A DNA stretch of 64,000 bases from an uncultured candidatus Porisulfidus sp. (GTDB taxonomy: Bacteria; Pseudomonadota; Gammaproteobacteria; Poriferisulfidales; Oxydemutatoraceae), in the NCBI GenBank assembly GCA_965215125.1, contig OZ244052.1:32001-96000 (forward strand), in the 5' to 3' direction. The position numbers and the translations under genes are program-made. Below, in pieces: positions 38,862 to 49,031 of the stretch. Under the pieces are notes generated by a model that saw only the letters and a list, made by a program, of their open reading frames with translations, searched no databases and was not told the DNA's origin. Within the stretch, counting starts at the first letter, position 1; the number at the start of each line of letters is the position of its first letter.

Positions 38862-39620
38862 TCAAGCGGTCGGTTGCGGTGCTTCGGGCTTTATTATTCG
38901 GTCTTTCCATATCGGACCTAGCGGTATCAAACGCGAGACTTGTTTTACTGCGAGTATTGCATAAAAGGAGCTACCCCATTTCATAAAACGTCTGCAACCT
39001 CGCGAGATTTTACCGGCATAACCGGGGTGGTTTTTGTATCGGACTAGCGGAGGAGCGAAGTAGCATAATTCTTTTATCTTAAAGCCCAGCACCGAGAGCC
39101 AGTCTTTTACTCGAAAAGGCGTATAGAAGTTGCCGCACCACGGTGGATTGGCTCGTCCATGTAATTGAAACAGCTTGAATAAACCTTGATAACTTATTGG
39201 ATTAAAAGAGATTATTATAAGTGACCCTTCGGAGATTAGCACTCTATCGACTTCGCGCAAAAACTCGTGCGGCTGCGAGATGAATTCGAATATATGGTGT
39301 GCGATGATCAAATCCATGCTCTCGGTATCAAACGGTAGAGATGTGAAATCGGCAAGTATACCGGTGTCGGAATACCTAGTTGCATTGACGATACATTGAG
39401 TGCGCACGCGACTACAGGATAATAGCTCGTCGCCTACTTCAAAGGATGCGATATGCGCTGCGTAATAGCCCATCGTTCTCTCTAACCAAGGCTGTAGTGC
39501 CGGTTCGGTTTCCATCCATAGCTTTCTATTGACATCGCTCTGATACCACTCGTCCAATAATAAGGAGTTTTGCGATGGTGTTCTTTCGATACGTTTTTTC
39601 TTAAAGTTAAACATCGTCAT
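38862..39620 (-). CDS. Class I SAM-dependent methyltransferase (YafS-like)
   Basis: LPFDTESMDLIIAHH.FEF...LREVDRVLISEG...FNPIS, RVKDWLSVLGF; usual position next to rnhA. Confidence 0.85.
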   Translation of the reverse strand: MTMFNFKKKRIERTPSQNSLLLDEWYQSDVNRKLWMETEPALQPWLERTMGYYAAHIASFEVGDELLSCSRVRTQCIVNATRYSDTGILADFTSLPFDTESMDLIIAHHIFEFISQPHEFLREVDRVLISEGSLIIISFNPISYQGLFKLFQLHGRANPPWCGNFYTPFRVKDWLSVLGFKIKELCYFAPPLVRYKNHPGYAGKISRGCRRFMKWGSSFYAILAVKQVSRLIPLGPIWKDRIIKPEAPQPTA

Positions 39621-41242
39621 GCAACCGAAAGCGTAGGCACGGCTGCCAACAATTCTTGGGTGTAGGCATGCTTCGGTTTTGATAAAATTTCCAAGGTATC
39701 GCCGTATTCTATAAATTTCCCCTTATAAATAACGGCAATTTCGTGCGCCAAATAGGCAACGATAGAGATATCGTGGGTAATGAACAGGTAGCCTAGATTG
39801 AGTTGTATTTGTAGTTCTTGTAATAAATTGAGTATTTGCGCCTGCACCAGCACATCCAGCGCACTGGTGGGTTCGTCCCATATAATGAAGTCGGGCTTGG
39901 CGGCAAGTGATCTAGCGATGCAGATACGTTGGCGTTGACCGCCCGACAGCTGATGCGGGTAGCGTCTTAGATAATCATCGCTTAAACCGACTTGCTCCAG
40001 CAATCTATTCAGTTCGGCATTCAAGTCATCGCACCCTTTACATAGTAGTGCTTCGCTTAGAATCTGTGCAACGGACATCTTAGGGTTCAGCGAAAAAAAC
40101 GGATCTTGGAATACGATCTGCGTCTGTGCTTTGATATCGTCCACCGGCTCGGGGTCTCCACTCTCGGCGGCTATATGGATTTTTCCACGGCTGGGTCTAT
40201 TCAAAGCCAGCAAGGCTCTGGCAATGGTGGTTTTACCGCTCCCCGACTCACCGACTAATGCCAGTGTTTTCCCGCGGCGTAGCGTAAACGAGACACCGTC
40301 TACGGCTTTTACGGTATGTTTTATTTGCCTCAATAATCCGCTGCGCAATTGGAAATGGACGGCTAAATCGTCAACCTCTACCCTGCCCTCCGAAGTTTTA
40401 GTATTGCTATCAAATTTTTGTAGTTGCCCTTCGGGGTTTAACAGATAGCCACGCTTGGATTGGTCGGGTAGCATTTGATAAAGACTGCGGGTATATTCGT
40501 GGCGCGCTTGCTTGAAAAATATATCGGCATTCGCTTCTTCCAATATCTTGCCGTGTCGCATCACTGCGATACGCTCGGCAACATTAGCAACCACCGACAA
40601 ATCGTGAGAGATAAACAGCATTGCCATACCGCGGCGTTTTTGTATATCGCACAACAGTTCGAGCACTTGTGCTTGTATCGTAACATCCAATGCGGTGGTC
40701 GGTTCGTCGGCAATCAATAAAGCGGGGTTTGCAACCAGTGCCATCGCAATCATCGCCCGTTGTTTCATGCCGCCCGACAACTGATGCGGGTACGATTGGA
40801 ACACGCGCTCGGGATCCGGCAGTCCTACATCTTCAAACAACTTTAACGCACTCCGATGCGCCGTAGCCCCCTTCTGCTTGCGATGCAGTGCCAGTGGTTC
40901 TAAAATCTGTTTGCCTATTTTCATTACCGGATTGAAAGAGGTCATCGGCTCTTGGAAGATCATCGCCAGTTTGGCGGCGCGATAAAAGCGCATTTGGTAT
41001 GCCGGCAGTTTGAGTAAGTCGGTGCCGTTCAGTTCTACGGAACCCGAACTGATTTGCAAATTGGATGACAGCAAACGAAGCAGAGCCAATGCGGTCAAAG
41101 ATTTACCCGACCCCGACTCTCCCAACAATGCAAAGCTCTGCCCTTCGGCTATATCAAAGCTGATATGATCAACCAGCACACCGCCTTGTGCAGGATCTAG
41201 GGTCTTTATCGTTAAATCGCGAACACGCAACAAAGGTTTCAT
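39617..41242 (-). CDS. Peptide/nickel ABC transporter, fused double ATP-binding subunit
   Basis: Two Walker A motifs (GESGSGKS, GESGSGKT), two YPHQLSGG signatures, two DEPT motifs. Confidence 0.93.
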   Translation of the reverse strand: MKPLLRVRDLTIKTLDPAQGGVLVDHISFDIAEGQSFALLGESGSGKSLTALALLRLLSSNLQISSGSVELNGTDLLKLPAYQMRFYRAAKLAMIFQEPMTSFNPVMKIGKQILEPLALHRKQKGATAHRSALKLFEDVGLPDPERVFQSYPHQLSGGMKQRAMIAMALVANPALLIADEPTTALDVTIQAQVLELLCDIQKRRGMAMLFISHDLSVVANVAERIAVMRHGKILEEANADIFFKQARHEYTRSLYQMLPDQSKRGYLLNPEGQLQKFDSNTKTSEGRVEVDDLAVHFQLRSGLLRQIKHTVKAVDGVSFTLRRGKTLALVGESGSGKTTIARALLALNRPSRGKIHIAAESGDPEPVDDIKAQTQIVFQDPFFSLNPKMSVAQILSEALLCKGCDDLNAELNRLLEQVGLSDDYLRRYPHQLSGGQRQRICIARSLAAKPDFIIWDEPTSALDVLVQAQILNLLQELQIQLNLGYLFITHDISIVAYLAHEIAVIYKGKFIEYGDTLEILSKPKHAYTQELLAAVPTLSVA

Positions 41243-42702
41243 TTGGCGGTCTCCGCAGAACGAGGATCAAAAGCATCTCTAACGCCGTCGGCAAAAAGAT
41301 TTGCGCACAATACCAGCCCGAATAAAAAGAGCATTGCGGCGAGCAACGGCCACCAGACTATCGGTTCGCGTGCCATCTCCAAACGCGCGCTGTTGATCAT
41401 ATTGCCCCAGCTATTCATCGTCGGGTCTACACCGATGTTGATATACGACAGCACCGTTTCGGCCAGCACCAAGCCGCTAAAATCCAACGCGATAGTGATA
41501 AACACGATGTGCATCACATTCGGCAAAATATGGCGCAGTAGCAACTGCCAATGCGGAATACCCAGCACTTGCGCAGCTTCTATATAATTCATCTCTTTAA
41601 TCTTCAGCGTCTCGGCGCGTAGCAAGCGGCATAAGCCGGTCCAGCTGGTGATGCCGAGGATGCCGCACAGAAACAGCAATCTCAAATCGGAACGTTCGGT
41701 GAGATTATTAAACTGGTCGGGGTTTTGATCCATATAAACATGGAGCATCAGAATTGCGGCAGCAACCAAAAGCACACCCGGCACCGAGTTCAGCGTTGTG
41801 TACAGATATTGAATGACATCGTCTATTCTACCCAGAAAATAGCCGGCGCAAACTCCCAACACCAATGCGAAGGGTAGCATTATCAGCGTTGTCAGCGTGC
41901 CGATTAAAAATCCGGTGCGTATGCTTTTGATCGCTTGATACAACACATCCGAGCCGATCTTATCGGTGCCTAGCACATAATAATAGTGACTCATATAGGC
42001 AACCGTAAAAATTATCACAACGAGTAGCATCAGGGTTATCATCACCGCTCGCCACGGCAACTCGTGATGATCGTGTATCAACATCGGCACAACCCGCTCT
42101 ATGGGCTTGGCACTATGCTTGGCATAGAAAAAGCAAATCAGTAAGTAAATGAAAAGGAAGCATAGCAATCCGAAAAATATCCCTTTGAAGATGCGCACAC
42201 CGATATCAAAAGCCTTTTGCTGTTCCATAGTCTGCAAACGTTTATGTATCCATGCGTGGAGCGGTTGTAGCTGTTCGAGATCATCCAAGTGTGCACCGCC
42301 GTATTGGAGGCGCGGGTAATGCTGTTGAGTCGCTCCGTCGGCAATATAAAATTCTTTGACATACGCATGCGTTGCGAAAGGTGCCGAATAGCTTTTCTCG
42401 GTGCGCTCGCGCAGCGGTAGTAAGATCTGATCTAAAACACTGACGATCTCGTTTGAATAGATAACCTCGTTGTTCGCACCTCGCTGATCCAACGCTTTAT
42501 GAAAGTGCAGCGAGTCCAAAAATGCAACCATGAAGTAGAACATCAGAAACACCGCAGAAATCATTGCGGTTTTGTTGCGCGCAAGTTTTCTCCAAATCGC
42601 TCGCAGATGGGTGCGCGTGCGCGCATAATAAAAATATACGATGAATAATGCGATCAATACGAAAAAGAACCCATCGCTCAGCAAAATAACCGGCTTGATC
42701 AT
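41239..42702 (-). CDS. Peptide ABC transporter permease (DppC/OppC-like)
   Basis: LGTDKIGSDV, EAAQVLG...HILPN, SWGNMI, NLFADGVRDAFDPR. Confidence 0.92.
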   Translation of the reverse strand: MIKPVILLSDGFFFVLIALFIVYFYYARTRTHLRAIWRKLARNKTAMISAVFLMFYFMVAFLDSLHFHKALDQRGANNEVIYSNEIVSVLDQILLPLRERTEKSYSAPFATHAYVKEFYIADGATQQHYPRLQYGGAHLDDLEQLQPLHAWIHKRLQTMEQQKAFDIGVRIFKGIFFGLLCFLFIYLLICFFYAKHSAKPIERVVPMLIHDHHELPWRAVMITLMLLVVIIFTVAYMSHYYYVLGTDKIGSDVLYQAIKSIRTGFLIGTLTTLIMLPFALVLGVCAGYFLGRIDDVIQYLYTTLNSVPGVLLVAAAILMLHVYMDQNPDQFNNLTERSDLRLLFLCGILGITSWTGLCRLLRAETLKIKEMNYIEAAQVLGIPHWQLLLRHILPNVMHIVFITIALDFSGLVLAETVLSYINIGVDPTMNSWGNMINSARLEMAREPIVWWPLLAAMLFLFGLVLCANLFADGVRDAFDPRSAETAK

Positions 42703-43676
42703 TCTAAACGCACCCTAGGGTCAACCAGTGTATAGGAAATATCGGTGAGTAGTAAGCCGATGATGTATAGGAACGACCCCAAAAAGACCATTGCCCTGAC
42801 GATCGCAAAATCCTCTCGGGCAATCGCATCTATCGTATAGCTGCCTAGACCCGGGATGCCGAAAAAGGATTCTATAATCAAGCTCCCCAAAAACAACAAA
42901 GGCAAGATGACGACGATACCGGTGAGTATCGGGATCATCGCATTCGGCAACACATGATTGAACAAGATATAAAAATCGTTCAGTCCTTTGGCTCTTGCGG
43001 TAGTAACATAATCTTTGGAGATTTCTTCGAGGAATATCGTACGGTACCAGCGACTGCCTGCCCCGATACCGCTAACAACGCCGATCAACACCGGCAGTAT
43101 TACGAATTTGATTGCATCGACGCCGGTATCGTATCCCGATATAGGCACCAGATTGAGTAGCTTGGCAAACAGATATTGTCCGCCGATGATATAAAAAAGT
43201 GCCGAGATGGACATCAAGACGACGCACAATACGACCGAACCGAAATCAACATATGTTGCCCTGAAAAATACCATGAACAATGCAAAGCTGATATTGACCA
43301 GCAAACCGATCAACAAAGTCGGTACGGCAATCGCCAAGCTCGGCCACATGCGTTGCTTGATATCGTGGCCGATGTTGCGCCCGCTGTCCGAAGGACCGAA
43401 ATCAAATGCGAACAGACGTACCGATTTTGCGTAAAAGATAGTATCGGTTAGTGCACCCAGGCCTCGTTGTTCGCCGTTATATAACAAAGGTTTATCGTAG
43501 CCTCGCTCGCTTTTCCAAAAATCTATCTGCTCTTGTGTGACATAGCGTTCACCCAAGTGCATGCGGGCGATATCGTCGGGTGTATTAACGACGAAAAATA
43601 ACGCGAAGGTTAGCAAGTTCACTCCTATCAAAATAGGTATTGCATAAACGATACGACGAAACAGATAGTTAATCAT
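42699..43676 (-). CDS. Peptide ABC transporter permease (DppB/OppB-like)
   Basis: DYVTTARAKGL, HVLPNAMIP, IESFFGIPGLG, DISYTLVDPRV. Confidence 0.93.
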   Translation of the reverse strand: MINYLFRRIVYAIPILIGVNLLTFALFFVVNTPDDIARMHLGERYVTQEQIDFWKSERGYDKPLLYNGEQRGLGALTDTIFYAKSVRLFAFDFGPSDSGRNIGHDIKQRMWPSLAIAVPTLLIGLLVNISFALFMVFFRATYVDFGSVVLCVVLMSISALFYIIGGQYLFAKLLNLVPISGYDTGVDAIKFVILPVLIGVVSGIGAGSRWYRTIFLEEISKDYVTTARAKGLNDFYILFNHVLPNAMIPILTGIVVILPLLFLGSLIIESFFGIPGLGSYTIDAIAREDFAIVRAMVFLGSFLYIIGLLLTDISYTLVDPRVRLE

Positions 43677-45856
43677 AACGCAACCGCTCGTTGTCGTTTT
43701 TTATAGATATAGACGGCAGGCAAAACAGCAATAAATAGCACCAACAAGAAAATTAAAATCGGTTCGAGTTCCGGTTGATTCCATTGTACTTGGTTTTGTG
43801 CACGCAGCTCGCTATTGATGTTGAAGTATTTTAATCTATTATGCGCCAACTGATTCGGTTTTACATTGCCCAACCAATCGTGGTAGAGTGCGAAAGACTT
43901 GGGATGGATGCCCCAAATCCACGGCGCATCGTAGCGTAGGAGCTCCAGCATTTCGTCTATCAACGCTTGTCTCTCGGCACCGTTCGGCAAACTGCGCATC
44001 CGCTCGAACATCTCGTCGAAACGCGGGTTTTGATAGTTGGAATAGTTTGCGCCTTGGTTGGAAACTTTCCCGTTGGGGCCGTAAAACAAAAAGAAAAAAT
44101 TCTCCGGGTCGGGATAATCGGCATTCCATCCCAAGCGAAACACCTGTGTGGTGCCTTTGTTCAGCTTGTCTTGAAAACGATTATAGTCGGTGTTGCGTAT
44201 CACCAACTGCACGCCTAGATTATCGAATTGCTTGCGCGTCCAATTTAGAAATGCTTTGGCGTCGGGTCCGGTTCCGACCGTATCGAAATTTATCACCAAC
44301 GGTTTTTGAGTTTGTTGATCTATGCCGTCTTTGTAACCGGCTTCCGCCAATAAACGCTTGGCTTCGGATATGGGTTTGCGCCGAGCTTGCCCGTCTACCC
44401 AATCGTAGACATAAGGGTTGATGCCTTCGGCACCCGATACATTGCCGAACATGCCGGGCGGTAGCGGACCTTGCGCCGATAAGCCACGCCCGTTTAGAAA
44501 AATAGAAATATACTCTTCCATATTGATGGCAATAGAGAGTGCTTGCCGCAACTTTCTAGCTCGCTCGTCGCTACCACCGACAATCGGATCCAGCATATTG
44601 AACCCCGTATAATAAGTAGATAGCTGGTAGGAAACCGACAATCGGATACCCTTGTCAATCATAAAATCGGTCAAATCCAGTTCGCCCTGCTTGCCTATTT
44701 GTATCGCTTGATCGAAGCTATCGGTGCTGATGCCCGAACTATCGTAATAGCCTTGTAAAAATTTATTCCAATAGGGAATACTCTCTTTCTCCAAGCTGTA
44801 GACGACTTTATCGATAAACGGCAGTTGTTTATTTGCGTCAACCAAAAGCCCTTGTTCCCGGTCTCCGATATCGCCTTCGGCAGGATAATAGTCGGCTCTA
44901 AAATTAGGGTTGCGTACCAGAGTCATCCGCAAGTTGGGGTTATTCTCGGTCATCATAAAAGCCCCCGTACCGATAGGAAACCAATCCAGCGTGATATTGC
45001 GTTCTTTGAGTGCCGGCTGATGATAAAAACGATCGGCTTCCCACGGCATCGCCGCAAAAAACGGCATCGCAAGCCAATAGATAAATTGCGGATAATCCTT
45101 GCTCACCGTTATCCTATACCGATAATCGTCGATGAGTTCTACGCCTGCCATTTGCTCGTTGCGCAAATCCAACCACGCCTCACGCGCAAGGTCTTCGCGC
45201 AAGCTCGCAATGCGCGCTCTGAACTCCGGAAAGCCGACGATGTATTGTGCCAGAATACTTGCAATCGGAGAATACCGCGCCGGGTCTGCCAGGCGTTTGA
45301 TCTGATAAACATAGTCGGCGGCTTTTAATTCACGCGTCGCTTGTTCGTTAAAGTCCGCCAAGCGTTCTATCTCGGTCAACTGTTCGTCGGACATCACATG
45401 ATATAAATAATCGTCGCCGGAAGCTACAAACGCCGGATGCGGCTGGAATAAAATACCCGGATTTATTTCTATATCGTAGACGATATATGTTGCGTTCTCC
45501 TCATCGGTGCGATACCCCTCTGCGTCTACATAAGATAGGGTCGGCATCCGGTTGGCGGTTAGCGGGATGAGTTGATAGGGTCGCTTTAGATAATGGTATT
45601 GCAACACCGGTTCGTATATCTGTCCTAGAATTGCGTATTCGTTGCTACTGTATGCACGCACCGGATCTAAATGCTTCGGACGTTCGGTGAAACTGGAATA
45701 ATAGGTATTGTCGGTCGAATCTCCGTACGGGTTATTCCACACCGCATCACTACACGCCGATAGTAGTAGCAATATCATCGGGTAAAAACACCATTGTTTA
45801 CCTCGTAGTCGCTGTGCAAAAATCACTCTATACTTTGCTATGTCTTTGTGTTTCAT
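43673..45856 (-). CDS. Peptide ABC transporter substrate-binding (family 5) lipoprotein
   Basis: Lipobox LSAC, PKHLDP, PIGTGAF, GWNADYPDPENF; C-terminal TM helix; true start may be downstream of 45856. Confidence 0.9.
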   Translation of the reverse strand: MKHKDIAKYRVIFAQRLRGKQWCFYPMILLLLSACSDAVWNNPYGDSTDNTYYSSFTERPKHLDPVRAYSSNEYAILGQIYEPVLQYHYLKRPYQLIPLTANRMPTLSYVDAEGYRTDEENATYIVYDIEINPGILFQPHPAFVASGDDYLYHVMSDEQLTEIERLADFNEQATRELKAADYVYQIKRLADPARYSPIASILAQYIVGFPEFRARIASLREDLAREAWLDLRNEQMAGVELIDDYRYRITVSKDYPQFIYWLAMPFFAAMPWEADRFYHQPALKERNITLDWFPIGTGAFMMTENNPNLRMTLVRNPNFRADYYPAEGDIGDREQGLLVDANKQLPFIDKVVYSLEKESIPYWNKFLQGYYDSSGISTDSFDQAIQIGKQGELDLTDFMIDKGIRLSVSYQLSTYYTGFNMLDPIVGGSDERARKLRQALSIAINMEEYISIFLNGRGLSAQGPLPPGMFGNVSGAEGINPYVYDWVDGQARRKPISEAKRLLAEAGYKDGIDQQTQKPLVINFDTVGTGPDAKAFLNWTRKQFDNLGVQLVIRNTDYNRFQDKLNKGTTQVFRLGWNADYPDPENFFFLFYGPNGKVSNQGANYSNYQNPRFDEMFERMRSLPNGAERQALIDEMLELLRYDAPWIWGIHPKSFALYHDWLGNVKPNQLAHNRLKYFNINSELRAQNQVQWNQPELEPILIFLLVLFIAVLPAVYIYKKRQRAVAL

Positions 45857-45913
45857 TTTCCCGATTAAAAGTCAATACCGACGGCTGCGTGAATATCTTC
45901 AGATAATTCTATT

Positions 45914-45950
45914 TTTACATATTCCTGTCATATTTTCGCGTCATTATAGT
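45914..45950 (+). promoter_or_regulatory. Putative Pho box and -10 element of pstS
   Basis: TTTACAT-ATTC-CTGTCAT (11-bp-spaced half sites, 45914-45931) followed by TATAGT at 45945-45950, matching PhoB promoter geometry. Confidence 0.65.
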
Positions 45951-46004
45951 GGCATTGCAGGATTATCCCTAGCAATAATTTAATTAACTATTCAGGAGTA
46001 TAGA

Positions 46005-47051
46005 ATGAAAAAATTTCAATCTTACCTTGCCCTCGCTGGATTTTTCGTTCTGAGTATCGGCATCGCCGATGCAAGAGATCAAATCTCCATCGTCGGTTCT
46101 TCAACGGTATATCCATTCGCAACCGTAGTTGCCGAACATTTCGGCCAAACTTCTAGTTTCAAAACCCCAAAAATAGAATCAACCGGTTCGGGCGGTGGTT
46201 TGAAACTTTTTTGCGCAGGACTCGGGGTGCAAACACCGGATATCACCAACGCATCTCGCCGAATTAAACAAAGCGAGATTGATAGTTGCCGTGAAAACGG
46301 TGTCGACCAAATTATAGAGGTTAAAGTAGGCTACGACGGCATCGTGTTGGCTAATTCTAAAAAAGCCGATATGATGAAAGTCGAGCTTAAGGATATCTAC
46401 TTGGCACTCGCCAAAGACATTCCCAACCCGGACGGTTCGGAATCGTTCGTACCCAACCCGCATAAAATGTGGAGTGATGTCAATGCCGACCTACCCGAAA
46501 CCAAGATTATGGTGCTAGGTCCTCCGCCTACTTCGGGTACCCGTGATGCCTTCGTAGAACTCGGAATGGAAGGGGGTTGCAAAAATTACGAGTGGATCAA
46601 AGCAATGAAGTCTGTCGATAAAACTGTATACAAAGCACGTTGCCATAGTATTCGTGAAGATGGTGCCTATATAGAAACCGGTGAAAACGATAACCTCATC
46701 GTGCAGAAGCTCAGCGTCAATCCCGATGCTTTCGGAATCTTCGGGTTTAGTTTTCTTGAGCAGAATATGGATCTCGTCCAAGGTGCGTTGATCGGCGATG
46801 TGTCCCCGGTATTCGAGACCATCTCCGACGGTAGCTATCCCATATCCAGAGCCTTATACTTCTATGTAAAAAAACAGCATGTAGGCGTTATCCCGGGCCT
46901 TGCCGAATACGCTAAAGCGTTTATCAATCCCGAAGCAACCGGCCAAGAAGGCTATCTGATAGAAAGAGGCTTAATACCAATGGGGCCGGCCGAACACGAA
47001 TCCGTTATGGATGCGGTGAACAATCTAGAAATTCTCTCGGCAACCTTATAG
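46005..47051 (+). CDS. pstS: Phosphate ABC transporter substrate-binding protein
   Basis: ARDQISIVGSSTVYPF, ESTGSGGGLKLFCAG, GPPPTSGTRDAF, YPISRALYFYVK; AGGAG RBS. Confidence 0.93.
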   Translation: MKKFQSYLALAGFFVLSIGIADARDQISIVGSSTVYPFATVVAEHFGQTSSFKTPKIESTGSGGGLKLFCAGLGVQTPDITNASRRIKQSEIDSCRENGVDQIIEVKVGYDGIVLANSKKADMMKVELKDIYLALAKDIPNPDGSESFVPNPHKMWSDVNADLPETKIMVLGPPPTSGTRDAFVELGMEGGCKNYEWIKAMKSVDKTVYKARCHSIREDGAYIETGENDNLIVQKLSVNPDAFGIFGFSFLEQNMDLVQGALIGDVSPVFETISDGSYPISRALYFYVKKQHVGVIPGLAEYAKAFINPEATGQEGYLIERGLIPMGPAEHESVMDAVNNLEILSATL

Positions 47052-47067
47052 CACAACAATCAATTCC

Positions 47068-47095
47068 GTCGCTTGCTCTATATAGGGCAAGCGAC
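47068..47095 (+). terminator. Hairpin downstream of pstS (probable intrinsic terminator)
   Basis: GTCGCTTGCTCT-ATAT-AGGGCAAGCGAC stem just after the stop, between convergent genes; only a weak U-tract. Confidence 0.55.
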
Positions 47096-47126
47096 ACACT
47101 TTCTTATCATCCCAATTTTATGCTAA

Positions 47127-47178
47127 GGTTCTGTACGACTTCATGCCGATTGGCCTACCGGCTCAATCGGTGGTTCTA
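47127..47178 (-). repeat. Family B element overlapping the 3' end of the FAH gene
   Basis: ggttctg...gccgattggcctaccggctcaatcggtggttcta, homologous to 33933-33984. Confidence 0.7.
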
Positions 47179-47945
47179 CTGGTTAAACAGCCGATACCTG
47201 CAATTTCAACTTCGACAGTGCAATCTACCGGCATCGGACCCAATCCGATTGAAGTGCCGCAACAGATAATATCCCCCGGATATAGCGTCATATTGCGAGA
47301 GAGCGCGGTGACGACCTCGGGTGGATTGAAAATCATATCTTTTGCCGGGTAATGCTGGACTTCGGCACCGTTCACACGGGTTATGATTTCAAGGTCTCGC
47401 CAATCCAGTTGGGTTGCAATCGCAGGACCGAATACACCGAAGCCGTCAAAACCTTTTGCGCGGCTCCATTGATCAAAGCCTGCGTACTCTTTTAATAACC
47501 CGAAAGCGGTCACATCGTTGATGCAAGTATAACCGAATATCGCATCGTTGCCGGCTTTAGGATTTTCAAGATTACAGGCAACTTTGCCGACAACGATACC
47601 GAGTTCACCCTCATAAAAAACCTCGCCTTCGTAAAACTTGGGATATCTAATAACCGCTTCGGGTCCGGCATAAGTATTCGCAGGCTTGAATAAATACAAA
47701 GGTGTCTTGGGATAAGGTAATTTATTTTTATCGGCAAGAGCCGCATAATTATTCCACAATGCTATCATTTTGCTCGGTGTGCACGGGGTTAATAATGTAA
47801 CTTTATCCAAACGCACGGTTTGATCGGTGAGCGGCGGAGTGTTAAAAGGATGGTCATCCTCGGTATCACAAAGTCTAATTTCCTGCCCTTCCAAGCAACC
47901 TATTTTTATTCTATTTCGGTGTTCAAACCGTACCCACAAACTCAT
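47163..47945 (-). CDS. Fumarylacetoacetate hydrolase family protein
   Basis: YEGELGIVVGK, IFGYTCINDVTA, WSRAKGFDGF, TLYPGDIICCGT. Confidence 0.93.
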   Translation of the reverse strand: MSLWVRFEHRNRIKIGCLEGQEIRLCDTEDDHPFNTPPLTDQTVRLDKVTLLTPCTPSKMIALWNNYAALADKNKLPYPKTPLYLFKPANTYAGPEAVIRYPKFYEGEVFYEGELGIVVGKVACNLENPKAGNDAIFGYTCINDVTAFGLLKEYAGFDQWSRAKGFDGFGVFGPAIATQLDWRDLEIITRVNGAEVQHYPAKDMIFNPPEVVTALSRNMTLYPGDIICCGTSIGLGPMPVDCTVEVEIAGIGCLTSRTTD

Positions 47946-47961
47946 TTCGCATCCTTAAATA

Positions 47962-48960
47962 TCAGGTATTTTCAAGTAATTCTTTGTCGAATAATTCCAG
48001 TTGTTCGTCCAGCCATTCTACGAGTTTATTTTTTTCTATTCTATTCGCTTCTACGCTCAATAAATGTCGCCATTTTTTGGCGTGTCTGTGTCCCTTAAAT
48101 AAATTCTGCACGGCTTGTAACAATTTTTTATTGAATGTGTTTTTGCCGATTTGATATTCTATATAAAGCAACATCATTCTAGCAATATCTATCGGGGATT
48201 TATAATCCATATAACGATTATAAAACAATGCGTCGACCTCGTGCAGAATGAAAGGACTTTTCTGTACCGCCCGGCCCAGCATCACTCCGTCTACGAGGTC
48301 CAATTCTCGGTACGCAGTAGCTATATCCTGTATGCCACCGTTCAAGATAATCTCCAAGTCGGGACGCGCTTGCTTGAGTCTATAGACATACTCGTATTCG
48401 AGCGGCGGTATTTCTCTATTTTGTTTAGGAGATAATTTGCCTAGCAGTGCCTTGCGGGCATGGACGATGAATGTGTTGCAGCCGGCATCGGCAATACATT
48501 CTATAAAACGATAAAACCGTTCGTAGCCGTCGTAATCGTCAACACCGATTCTACACTTCACACTGACGGGTAAATCACTCGCTTGCGACATTAAGTCGAC
48601 ACAATCTGCGATGCGTTGTGGTGTCTTCATCAAGCAGGCTCCGAATTGCGCCTTACCTACTCTAGGGCTGGGGCATCCTGCATTGATGTTAATCTCGTCA
48701 TAACCGTATTGTTCGGCATATTCGGCGCAACGCGCCATATCTTCGGCACAACTCCCTCCGACCTGCAATGCCAAAGGATGTTCCCGATCGGAAAAACCCA
48801 ATAAACGACCACGATCACCGTTCAGTATTGCATGACTGCTCAGCATTTCCGTATACAGCATCGCATGACGGCTAATCAATCGTAATAAATAGCGAAAGTG
48901 ACGGTCGGTGTAAGCCATCATCGGTGCTACACAAAAACGTCTATGTACACTTAAATTCAT
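47962..48960 (-). CDS. dusA: tRNA dihydrouridine(20/20a) synthase
   Basis: FCVAPMMAYTDRHFRY, LYTEM, NINAGCPS, VKCRIGVD, VHARKA, LSPKQNREIPPL, NGGI, GVMLGR. Confidence 0.93.
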   Translation of the reverse strand: MNLSVHRRFCVAPMMAYTDRHFRYLLRLISRHAMLYTEMLSSHAILNGDRGRLLGFSDREHPLALQVGGSCAEDMARCAEYAEQYGYDEININAGCPSPRVGKAQFGACLMKTPQRIADCVDLMSQASDLPVSVKCRIGVDDYDGYERFYRFIECIADAGCNTFIVHARKALLGKLSPKQNREIPPLEYEYVYRLKQARPDLEIILNGGIQDIATAYRELDLVDGVMLGRAVQKSPFILHEVDALFYNRYMDYKSPIDIARMMLLYIEYQIGKNTFNKKLLQAVQNLFKGHRHAKKWRHLLSVEANRIEKNKLVEWLDEQLELFDKELLENT

Positions 48961-49031
48961 CGGCTTATTATATGCAATGTTTTGCGATTAAACAAAAGCG
49001 TATCGGCATTGTATATCGTACAATAGACACT

